DNA of 64,000 bases from the NCBI GenBank assembly GCA_951406725.2, contig OX597819.1:8308001-8372000 (forward strand). The letters run 5' to 3'. Each line of letters starts with the position of its first letter. Within the stretch, counting starts at the first letter, position 1. Both the position numbers and the translations under genes were made by a program. Of this stretch, positions 52,903 to 64,000 are shown in pieces. Under the pieces are notes generated by a model, which did not search any database, was not told the origin of the DNA, and worked only from the letters and a program-made list of their open reading frames with translations. Origin of the DNA: Octopus vulgaris (lineage: Eukaryota).

Positions 52903-55900
52903 TTATTACTACTATTATTATTATTATTGTTGTTGTTGTTGTTAAAATATTAATTTATATATAATTTCTTGATAATTATTAGTTATGATATGCATATCTA
53001 TTTATTTATTATGCTTTATTATCATTTTCATAATGTGATTTAACGTATTACATATAATTTAATTTGAGAATTAGTTTTGTAAGACAATATATTATTTAAT
53101 AGGTAGGTGGTCTATTTATTACGTAATATTACATTTAAGTAAATTAGTTTGTGGGCATTTACATTGTCAAGCCGCTCTCCTAATGATTCAACTACGGTCT
53201 CTCTCCAATGCACATAATAGAAGAACAGTGATCGACTCTTCTGTCCATTAGGGTATTACTGAGAGTTTCGTCATCAGAGTGTGTGTGTTCGTCACACAGA
53301 CTAGTAGGACGATAGTTCTAAAAGATATGGGTAAGAACGATACGTTTAATATGTGAAACCTGTTTATATCACTATAGGGAGGATTGTTAAGCGCTTAATG
53401 TCTTAATCACGAAGCCATTATTGAGCTGGCTATCTGGTTCCCTGTCAACTTTGTCGCCTAAACGTTTTGTCTACTATGACCGACATCGAATTCTTTCTTT
53501 ATAATTTCTTCTTCAAACAGTTGCAGCCGAGTTACTTCTCTGAATGCTACATGAGTAATCTCTGTCCCTCTTTTGTTTTAGTTTTAGTAAATCCTCAAAT
53601 TCAACTTGTGTGTCTCTGACAACAACACATACGTAGAGTGTGTAATTTTTGTTCTCTATTACAATGCGGAAGTCCCCAAAATATACATATATACACACAT
53701 AATATATACAAGACCACATTAAGTGTTGAGAAACAATATTCAGATGTGTTACTTCTGTCAGCAATTATCCCCCATGCCTCTTTGTATTCTGTTCCTGGAT
53801 GAAGGTTTACCGCCCGAGACTCTTCAGAAGTGAAGAAAACACAACCCCATTCTTAGTACTCTGCTCTGTTTCTGTGAACTGTATGAAATTAATTACTTGA
53901 ACTCGCATTTATTAGTATTGTTTTCGCTCCCCAGGTTTTCAGTTTCTCTCACACAACCTCTCTTTGGCTGTCTTTTGTCATGGGGGAAATCAACTTTTTC
54001 AATGCATCCTCTCTCATCATCGACTGATGACAACCACATCAAGAACACCTTCGTTTTGCTCTACTCTCTGTTGAAGAGAATAAGATCCTGAAAAGTAATA
54101 TTTCTCACTGCCCGGTCCTTATAATCTCGTCTTTGGGTTAATTTCTTCGGATCTTAGATTCTTAATGATTAAACCTTTACTACCACCATTCTTTTGAAAA
54201 CCATATTTTATTGTAAATTTCTGCTGAGTCTGGATGTTTTAGAATTGATTTGTTTTCTAATAATAAAGAAGTTGTTCTTGATGTGCAACAATAGCAAGTT
54301 GGAGAAGCAATTCATAAAGAAAACAAAAAATACAAGTGAAATATCATAAAGAATTTATTCGTCTCAGTCAGCTATTAATTGCAAGTTTAATAAATACACT
54401 TACTACAAAAAAACCCACCACAAGTCTATGCAATGGATGGCGGAATAATAACGACTTTGCAGGCATTTACAATTAAAATCTCGTGAGCAGAGTATTGATT
54501 TTTATATGTATATGAGTGGCAAGTTGTGCATGTTTGTGTGTATAGTGTTGGTGTGTGTTTATGTGTGCATGTGTCAATCGATATTGATATTTGTATTATT
54601 TGTGTGCTTATGTGTACGTCTAATTATGGTAAGCTATTAATTTCTTACGTTGGCACAAGGCGAATTCTCATTAACAAAATCTATTATTGATTGAGGCAAT
54701 TTCAGTGTATTACTGGTATTTAAGTAAGTGAACCCTGTGTCATGAAACTAATAAGTTATGATTTCTGCTTAGAAAACAATAAGACAAAATTAAAATCTTT
54801 CTGGCTCTCAAACTATCTTCTGTGGTAGCTCAGCCTTTTTCGAAGTACATATATTGTCAATTAAATCTATTCCCAGTATGTTACTGGTATCTCATTGATT
54901 TCAGTATCATAAAATCAAAATCCAGGCTAGGTGAGATATGAGTTCAAAACTAGGATTAATGACATCCAAAATTGGTTTCTTTTTAAATAACAAGAAAAAA
55001 ATCTTAAAAAGCAATATACCTTTTAGGAAGAATATAAAATAATGTGATATTCAAAACAATTGGATGTTACACCGAATGTGAGAATAAAGTAATCTGAGTC
55101 GTAATTTTCACTCACCGGTAGCTTCTCGCTCCGATTCTTATCTGCTTGCTATATCTTTGTTTTATTATTTCTGCTTGCTATATCTTGTCATGTTAGATAT
55201 GTAATTGTGGTCAGAAAACTAACACGCAGTGCTAGTGACAGGATACGAACCACCGTTTCAATTTTTAGTTTGACTCGACCATCTGTGAATATAGTGAGCT
55301 CCATGTTCCCTTTAGGAGTTTGTCTAAGATCAGATTACCGGGACACAAACCTTCTAAAAACTATACACAAATAATTTGTCGATGTTATTAGCATAAAACT
55401 TAGTCAACGATGAAGGCGAACTCCAGCTGTCAGCTTATTTTCAGACATAGTATAACTAAGATTATATCATCTGATCTGGCCTCATTTTTTAAGACACTAT
55501 GATGTTTTTAGAATAAAATTTGACTGCTGTTCTCACCGGCCGAGCGATTACGAGATGCTATCTCGTTGTTTCGTATGCATAAACTAGATTAGACTCTTCT
55601 CACCTAATCCAAACTCATGGGAACCTCTAAAATCCGTTATATGAAACTCTCATCAACTTTACAGTTCTATCATCGTATACACTTGCACGGTTAAGTACGT
55701 ACATAAAGCTTTGTAAACTCAGCCTTTGACTACAGTAGATACGTTGATGTCTACACAACCTCTTGAGTACAATATCAGTGTCTCTCTCTTCATCCGATGT
55801 GTTTTAATAAACAAAATTTATATTACACCACAGAATGATAAAATGGAATCAAGTATATTCTGTTTCTGTGCACGTGAATATATTTTGAATATTAGTATAT

Positions 55901-56219
55901 AACATATTACAGTTAAACTGTGAGCACAAGAAATATAAGTTCTTCACATCTTTATAATGAAATGGGACTGAATGTTATTCATGCATCCCTCGAAGACCTT
56001 TGTATCAGATATCAAATATAATGATTTTGACTCCCCGAAAGTTTGCTTTTCTCAATTGAATGGTGATTGACAATGAAGAACTATTGTTTTTTCTCACTTT
56101 GGCATATTTTAGGATTGTCGGAGCAAATAAAAAAGGAGGTAAGAAAATGGACAAACTTTGATTCTCTACTCTTTTCTCTTATTCTACGGGATTTTCTCAC
56201 TGCAAATAAATAATGATTT

Positions 56220-56425
56220 CAAATTTTGGCACAATGTCAGCGACCTCGGGGGAAGAGGTAAGTCGATTTCATCGACCCCTGTACTTCACTAGTACTTATT
56301 TTATCGACCTCAAAAGAGTGAAAGGTGAAATCGACCTGTACAGAATTTCAAATTCAGAGCTAAAAGACGGACGAAATGCCGCTAAGCATTTTCCCGGCAT
56401 GCCTACGATTCTGCCAGCTCGTCGC
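56220..56425 (-). mobile_element. Old SINE family C-related copy
   Basis: AGTACTTATTTTATCGACC...GAAAGGTGAAATCGACC...GCCGCTAAGCATTT...GATTCTGCCAGCTCG. Confidence 0.65.
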
Positions 56426-57927
56426 TCTACTGTAAATAAATATTAAGAGATATACAGATGTTTTGACCACCTGGCTGATAAAGACTTGTGTGTGTTTGAT
56501 TTTATATCTATTTATGGACTTATGCTTGTCTTTTATTTTTTGTATCTGCATATAAACATGCATTTGTTTAGACAGTATATATACTGACTAAACAAATGGC
56601 TTATCTGATGGATAAACGGGAAATGATATCTGCAAATCTTGGAAAATATGCAATATCTGTTATGTAATCATGCAGTAATGATGATGTAATAGCAAAACAT
56701 ATTCTTAAGGAAAACAAAATAAAATTAAAGTAAAACTGATACTTGAATAACTCAGCATGTCATATCATGTCTGGAAAAAATGAGAGATATTGGTTTCGGT
56801 GGCAAGAAACTGTATTTGCACATAACAGACCAGAGAGAGTTGCCCAATCGATTTTATATAAACCAAAATATGCCGATATAAGTTGCCATTACAAAATGTC
56901 TGCGGTAGTAGTGTTTTGTTTACCATTTCTTAGTAACTTATTTGTTTTTCAGAACATCACCGTCTCAGCTAACTACGTCATATTGATAAGTTCGACTGAG
57001 ATTTTGCGTTTATCAGCTTGTCTAGCAGTGAGCCAAAGAAGAACCTGCTCATATTGACCTTTCTATAGAGAACAGCTTCACCGTGGATGACAAGCTTGGT
57101 TACCGTAGAAGCACTTCATTTCCTTGCTCTGTTGTCATGGGAGCCGTCAATAATAAAATATGATCAGCATCTGCAAGAAAATGTTGTTCAAGTTGCTGCA
57201 AGTTGATGTTATCATATACTTCTCTGATAATGACCTCTTCGAACTGAAACGCTTTCATCATATTGACTGAATTGTTGATTAGCTTCTCTATCGATGTTCG
57301 GACAATATCTCTTAACAGAAGATTTTAGAAAGGAGGAACTGAAACCATTTCTTTGAAGAGATCGCTTCCAATGTAAAAAGGAAATAGCAGATATTAGGAT
57401 TAAATGCTTAAATAAACTAGAAGGCCATATAATTGGATTAGAGTGATAAAAGAAATTCGTAGGAAACTTCGAACAATGTTAAAGAACAACAAACAGTTGA
57501 TAGCCAATAATATGATAAACGAATGTAATAAATCCAGCAGATGCCTCCTTTATTGGTTTTCTTTCTTCTGCCGAGGAAGCGCTAAAATCGAGTCAATAGG
57601 TTGGTGGTTCGTATAGTATCATCGGTATTGCGCCATAATTTTTTTAAAAATCTATCAGTTAACAACTGTTGGCTCAACCTAATCAACCATAACTGGATCA
57701 ATACTTTGGAAGGTGTGAACGCGAAAACTGACAATCTCTTGTGAGCTGCTCAATGACTTCCATGCTGACTCCAAACCAGTCTGGAAGTCTTTCATTGGGC
57801 ACTGAGAATAATATCCATTGTCAGGAAAATATGACAGGACATACTTGAATTCAATTTCCCTGCCTTATTCTTGAATGATATGTCTGAGAGCAACAACAAC
57901 AACAGCAGCAGCAGCAGCAGCAGTGGC

Positions 57928-57992
<65 letters not shown>

Positions 57993-58445
57993 CAGCAGCA
58001 GCAGCAGCAGGAGTAGTGGTTTCTTAAATTGGCATAATTTCAAACATTCGAAATGTAGATCAGTGATTGATCAGTAAATGAGATATATATATGGCTGGCA
58101 CTGCTCCGGCAGGGTGGAAGGCAAACTTAACACTGGTGATGTCTAGCATATTTCTATATGTCGTTCTACCAGGTTGACATGTTTTAGACCGTATAAGATG
58201 GAAATCTGGATAATAATTATGGCTCATAACATGAGAAGATCACGAATTTTTGAGGAGTTGATTTCGATTAAACAAAAATACCATTCAAGCGCAGAAGTCG
58301 ATGCTATCATGCAGTATTTGTCCATGGCTCTTTTTAGGGACTAGTAGACTAGTGGGAAGAAGTAGGGTTGTTATCCTTCGGCCGCAAATTTGGTCTTCTA
58401 TTCTTGCAAAAGATTGAGTTTTGTTGCTAATCTTAATACTTGACA

Positions 58446-58808
58446 TGTGGAGGCGCAATGGCCCAGTGGTTAGGGCAGCGGACTCGCGGTCGTAGGATCG
58501 CGGTTTCGATTCGTTGTGAGTGTTTATTGAGCGAAAACACCTAAAGCTCCACGAGGCTCCGGCAGGGGATGGTGGTGATCCCTGCTGTACTCTTTCACCA
58601 CAACTTTCTCTCACTCTTACTTCCTGTTTCTGTTGTACCTGTATTTCAAAGGGCCGGCCTTGTCACTCTCTGTGTCACGCTGAATATCCCCGAGATACAC
58701 GTGTCTGTGGAGTGCTCAGCCACTTACACGTTAATTTCACGAGCAGGCTGTTCCGTTGATCGGATCAACCGGAACCCTCATCGTCGTAACCGACGGAGTG
58801 CTTCCATC
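58446..58808 (+). mobile_element. SINE family A, long-tail form
   Basis: Two small deletions. Imperfect TSD AAT(A/G)CTTGACA at 58435-58445 and 58809-58819. Confidence 0.9.
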
Positions 58809-59620
58809 AATGCTTGACAAGTACATATTTCGTCAGCTCTAGAAGAATCAAAAACCAACTTGCCTAAGAGGGGTATTTGAACTAAAAACTTTAAGGGACG
58901 TAGCTAAATACTAAAACGCAGAGCTTTTCAATTGTTTGCCTTCGAGAAACACCTTTTAAAAATGAACTTATTCCTGACATAATAATGCAAAAGAAAACAA
59001 AAAAGTCATCTAAAGAAAGAATTCAATAGAATACATGAACTTGATATGAAGAATTCAATTCTTGACAGTTTGGCAGGATGTTCAATATTGAAACCTTTAT
59101 TTCGTTATCTATCCCTCTGTCATTTTCAAAACTTACCACTTTTCAGCAATTAAAAATCGCATCTCATTTCATCACTCACATGCTTAATTGTTTGTAAATT
59201 TATCAAACCTCGAGCTTAGATCTCAGCCTAATATTCAAAATAATTAATCAGACTTCTTGACTTAGTTTCCTGAGGCATAATAGAAATTATCGGCGACACT
59301 TAAGTGGAGCACACACAGTTTCGAAACTTCTACCCTACTATTTCTGTTGTTCATTGTTTTCTGTTGTAATAATAATTATTTCTAACATAGCAAAGCCTAG
59401 AATTTAGGATAGTGGAGTAGTCGATACCATCGACCCAGCACTTAAATAGAAATAATGAGGAGTAAATAACCGCAAGGTATTTGGTCCCTCCAAGTAGAAG
59501 ATGGCAAATTTTGAGGAAGAAAACAGTCATCTATATAAATGCTAGATTTTCACTTGACATGGCGGCGCAAGGGATAGGAATATATTCGACCGAGTGAAAG
59601 GTCCAACTAAACGCTTAGAT

Positions 59621-60015
59621 GGAAGCACTCCGTCGGTTACGACGACGAGGGTTCCGGTTGATCCGATCAACGGAACAGCCTGCTCGTGAAATTAACGTGT
59701 AAGTGGCTGAGCACTCCACAGACACGTGCACCCTTAAGGTAGTTCTCGGGGATATTCAGCGTGACACAGAGAGTGACAAGGCCGGCCCCTTGAAATACAG
59801 GTACAACAGAAACAGGAAGTAAGAGTGAGAGAAAGTTGTGGTGAAAGAGTACAGCAGGGATCTCCACCATCCCCTGCCGGAGCCTCGTGGAGCTTCTTTT
59901 TATTTTTTAGGTGTTTTCGCTCAATAAACACTCACAACGCCCTGTCTGGGAATCGAAACCGCGATCCTACGACCGCGTGTCCGCTGCCCTAACCACTGGG
60001 CCATTGCGCCTCCAC
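59621..60015 (-). mobile_element. SINE family A, long-tail form
   Basis: TSD AAACGCTTAGAT at 59609-59620 and 60016-60027. Confidence 0.92.
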
Positions 60016-60314
60016 AAACGCTTAGATATACGTAGTAACGCATGACATTTTGTCCAGTGCTTAACAATTCTGTTATTTAATAAATAATAATGACAGCCAT
60101 AACTAACTGTCTTTCATCAAAAGCAAAGTATCTGTAATTTTAACATTTATTTTTTGGTTAGTAAAGTATTATGATAAACTGGCGATAAAAATTGTGTTCC
60201 TGTATCATGGCAAGATGTCTTCTCTTCTACATTTGCGGCGAGTAAGTTATTGAAGAACCCTTTAACATTATTGTGACTATTGTAGAATAGCTCACTATCC
60301 AATCTCTTAGTATC

Positions 60315-60510
60315 TTTCATCTTTTATCATTTACCTGTTTCAGTCAATAGACTGCGGCCATGATGGCGTGCGGCATTAAAGAATTTTTAGTCGAACCTAT
60401 CGACTCCAACACTTGTTCTTTTGTTCAGCCTGATACTTATTTTATCGTTCCTTTTTCGAACCAGTTGGTTACGGGGACGTAAACACCAACACCAGTTGTC
60501 AAGCGGTGGT
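60315..60510 (-). mobile_element. Diverged SINE family B 3' half
   Basis: CTGTTTCAGTCA..GACTGCGGCCATG...GGGGACGTAAACACCAAC. Confidence 0.7.
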
Positions 60511-60519
60511 GGGAGACAA

Positions 60520-60750
60520 GGCGGCGAGCTGGCAGAAACGTTAGCACGCCGGGCGAAATGCGTAGCCGTATTTCGTCTGCCGTTACGTACTGAGTTCAAA
60601 TGCCGCCGAAGTCGACTTTGCCTTTCATCCTTTCGGGGTCGATAAATTAAGTACCAGTTACGCACTGGGGTCGATGTAATCGACTTAATCCGTTTGTCTG
60701 TCCTTGTTTGTTCCCTCTATGTTTAGCCCCTTGTGGGTAGTAAAGAAATA
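60520..60750 (+). mobile_element. SINE family C
   Basis: Full copy. Confidence 0.9.
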
Positions 60751-60784
60751 GGTAGAAGACAAACATAGGCACAAACACTGGCAA

Positions 60785-60877
<93 letters not shown>

Positions 60878-60880
<3 letters not shown>

Positions 60881-61212
60881 TGAATGCTCGAAATAAGGAG
60901 TAGATAGACAGCCGGCAGCAAATGAAAGGTCGTTCTCCGTGTTACTTTTCCATTTATCTCCCGTTAAATACGTTGTTTGCGTATTTAACTCGTTTGTTTT
61001 CGTACTTCATGTTGTTTACACAGTTGGTGATGTCCTCGCTAGTCACTACACATTCTTTATTTCTCTCCTTGTTTCTTTCTGTGTTCCTTTCTGTGGAAAA
61101 GCGTAGGCTTGAAACGTTAAACAGTTTTTTCACTTTCCGAGCGTTAAACTAATACATCTGTTTCTTGTCTACACCACCTGTCTTCGTCTTTTGTTTCTTT
61201 GTGAATTCTCCC
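60878..61212 (+). mobile_element. Two adjacent (TA)n-type elements (relatives of 10826-10995 and 8173-8375)
   Basis: Degenerate hammerhead CTGTGGAAAAGCGTAGGCTTGAAACGTTAAA at ~61090-61121. Confidence 0.6.
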
Positions 61213-61510
61213 TATATATATGCGTGTGTGTGTGTCTGTGTGTGTGTGTAGCTTCTTTCAGTTTCTGTCAACCAAGTCCATTCACAAGGCTTTGGTCGGC
61301 CCAAAGGTATAGAAGAAGTTACTTGCCCAAGGTGCCACACAGTGGGACTGAACCAGGAACCATGTGGATGGGAAGCAAGCGTCATGCCTGCGTTTATGAT
61401 ATCTAGAATTTGTCTACAAAAATTTCCTTCAAAGACCAATGGTGTTTCTACAAATGGGGCATTATTTATTTCTGACTGGGAAATATAGTACATTTATGCT
61501 AATCTCCATT

Positions 61511-61560
<50 letters not shown>

Positions 61561-62692
61561 TGTGTGTGCGTCTGTGTATGTCGGTGTGTGTTTTAGATAT
61601 ATGTATGTGCATGTGTTTGCATCACTGTGTTTCTGTATATGTAAGTGCGTCGTCTTAGACACATTATACTAAGTTCAAGATACAGCCTCCTTATGGAATA
61701 ACAAGAAACCATTAACATATAGAAATACAATCATGCGTGTAAAAGCACTCTTTCTCTCTCTCCCCCTCTCTCTCTCTCTCTCTCTAGCAACAAGTTCCTT
61801 CACCACATACCGAAAATTTAGAAATAGCAGCCAAAAGACCGTTAATTCTTTTCTACCCTATATCTGTAATGAGTATATACATCAACACACATACACACAG
61901 AAAGACAGAATTGCAACATTCAAAAGCTATAGATATCCTTAATTGATGTGTACATACACGAACATGCACACACACACACACGCACACATATATCATATCT
62001 ACCATCTCTCTCTCTCAATCTCTTTATGTATATATATATACTTACATACATATATACATATACGTGTTTGCGCGCGCGTGTTGCATCTATGACTTTTTTT
62101 ATAGACTGGGAGAGAGAAAGAAAGAGAGAGAATGAAAACAATGATTTTAACCACATACTTTCATAGAGACAATTAGCTTTCATTCAGTCTAAATAAAACA
62201 TTATAAAGCAAAGTGTTTCCACGTGCTGCCTCCGTGCTAAATAATCGCAAGAATGTGACCGCAGCCATCCAAATAATACTCACTCAGTACAACAGATAAC
62301 ACCGGCTTACAAACACTGTTGGTTCCCTTCATCCTGACCCCTAATTATGCGTGTGTTTTGCCTGACAAGGAAATTAAAGAGAGGGTGGCAACTCTTCAAA
62401 TCAGTGAACAAATGATGAATTCACTTTTATGAAAACTGTAAAGTGGCTGCGGGGTGGAAAAAAATATGGGTAGATGGAAGGATTAACTTGTGGCACTACG
62501 AAAACGCCAAATACGGATTGCAAAAGAAATAATAGCAATAGCAATAACAGCAACAGTAATAGTAACAGCTGCGTCAACCACAATAACAACAACAACAACA
62601 CAACTTAGCAATAAAAATAGATCTAGAAATAGCAGCAAATAGAGACTCTATAGTGGGAAGAAACTTTTATAACAAAACCAACAATAGGCTCT

Positions 62693-63245
62693 TTCTCCTC
62701 CTCCTCCTCCTCCTCCTCCTCCTTATCCACCACCACCACCACCAACACCACCACCACCACCACCACAAACACAACCAGAACCACCACCACCACCACCACA
62801 ACCAGAACCACCACCACCACCACAACCGGAACCACCACCACCAACCACCACCACCACCACCACCACAACCACAACCAGAACCACCACCACCACCACCACC
62901 ACCACAACCACCACAACCACCACCACCTCCTCCTCATCATCATCATCAGCCGTAGCAGCAACAGCAGCAGCAACAGCAGCAGCAACAACAGTAACAGCAG
63001 TAACACTTGTACTATGATTTTCGCCCCCACCACAACCACCACCTGCATTACCATGACTACCACCATTATCATCATCATCATTATCAAAAACAGTCTGAAG
63101 CCAGCAACAGCAACACAAACAATAACAAAAGCAGTTACAGGATTAAAATAAAACACAAATTACAAAACTAATTCCCGCAACTACGACGACGACGACGACG
63201 ACACTGACGACGACGCCGACGCCGACGCCGACGATGCTGATGGTA
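62693..63245. repeat. Compound trinucleotide low-complexity tract (CCT/CCA/CAT/CAG/GAC)
   Basis: Directly visible. Confidence 0.9.
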
Positions 63246-64000
63246 TCACGAAGATGAAGTAGGCATTTATACATGTAATGCTCACATGTGATACGGAAAT
63301 ATTCATATCAGTCATAGAAGTATATCATCATATTGTAATTATGGAAATTAAATACAACTCTATTATTGCGGTTGGGAAAGTAGTTTTGTGAAGGATCGCG
63401 ATGGATAGGGAGGAGGTGACAAGTGTTTTATGGCATAAACCAATGTTGGATAAGTCAAAAGTAATGTGTTTTATTTCTGCTTCCGTTCAGCAATTTATGA
63501 TTTATATTTTCTGCGAATTGTGAACTACTTTCTTCATATGTTTCATTTTGTCATCTTTCAGTTAATCTTATGTTTTTTTACTTTCGCTTACTCTCTTTCA
63601 TTAGTTTCACGGTTTCACGTCGCTATATCTTTTCCCTGTTTCCTAACATCTCTTCCATTTCGATATTATATGCGAATTTCCTAAATTCTCTCTTTGGTTT
63701 TCTTTACTTCTCTAAGTTTCTCTCGCAGTTTCTGTTTTTATCATTATCTATATCATTCACTCACACTCTATACATTTGCTGAGACACTATTCGCCAAACT
63801 CCCGCTTATTTACATATCACCCTATCTACTACTCTCTTGTAATACCTTTTGTCTCTCTTTCAGTCAATGCATTCTCTTTCGAACATGACAGAAAGCGAAA
63901 CATCGTGAAGAAACTTGACAGGTCATATATCGCTTTAAAAATTAAGGTAAAAGGCCCAAGTGTATATGATGTTTACCTATCTATAGTATGTCAAACTGTA

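Noticed and set aside
58446-58515. tRNA genes at SINE heads
   Set aside because: A/B boxes are present but there is no complete cloverleaf, and they are embedded in SINE bodies with TSDs.
62623-63156. Poly-His/Pro or Gly-rich protein exon
   Set aside because: Compound trinucleotide repeat open in several frames on both strands, with no non-repetitive domain or splice evidence.

Overview
AT-rich, microsatellite-dense eukaryotic DNA with no recognisable host gene. The SINE families suggest a cephalopod, probably Octopus (inference from recalled families, not a database result). Almost all ORFs in the track are microsatellite or SINE artefacts. Real content: (1) a 5'-truncated CR1/L2-group LINE with an uninterrupted 938-aa endonuclease+RT frame (41207-44148); (2) decayed CR1, RTE, Tx1/L1 and R4/Dong-type LINEs, and decayed Penelope-like (PLE) RT/GIY-YIG remnants; (3) a full-length but dead Tc1 transposon with TIRs; (4) about 20 copies of three tRNA-derived SINE families; (5) a U6 snRNA pseudogene. 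The main unexplained structure is a set of short non-coding elements embedded in (TA)n tracts, often as long fold-back hairpins. Several unrelated families of these carry minimal type I hammerhead-ribozyme folds. Their cores show all three Watson-Crick versions of the 3:8 tertiary pair (C3:G8, U3:A8, G3:C8), and one pair of copies shows stem II covariation. This points to a (TA)n-targeting, hammerhead-bearing, PLE-related non-autonomous retroelement system that a canonical CUGANGA search would largely miss. Ribozyme activity is inferred from fold only.
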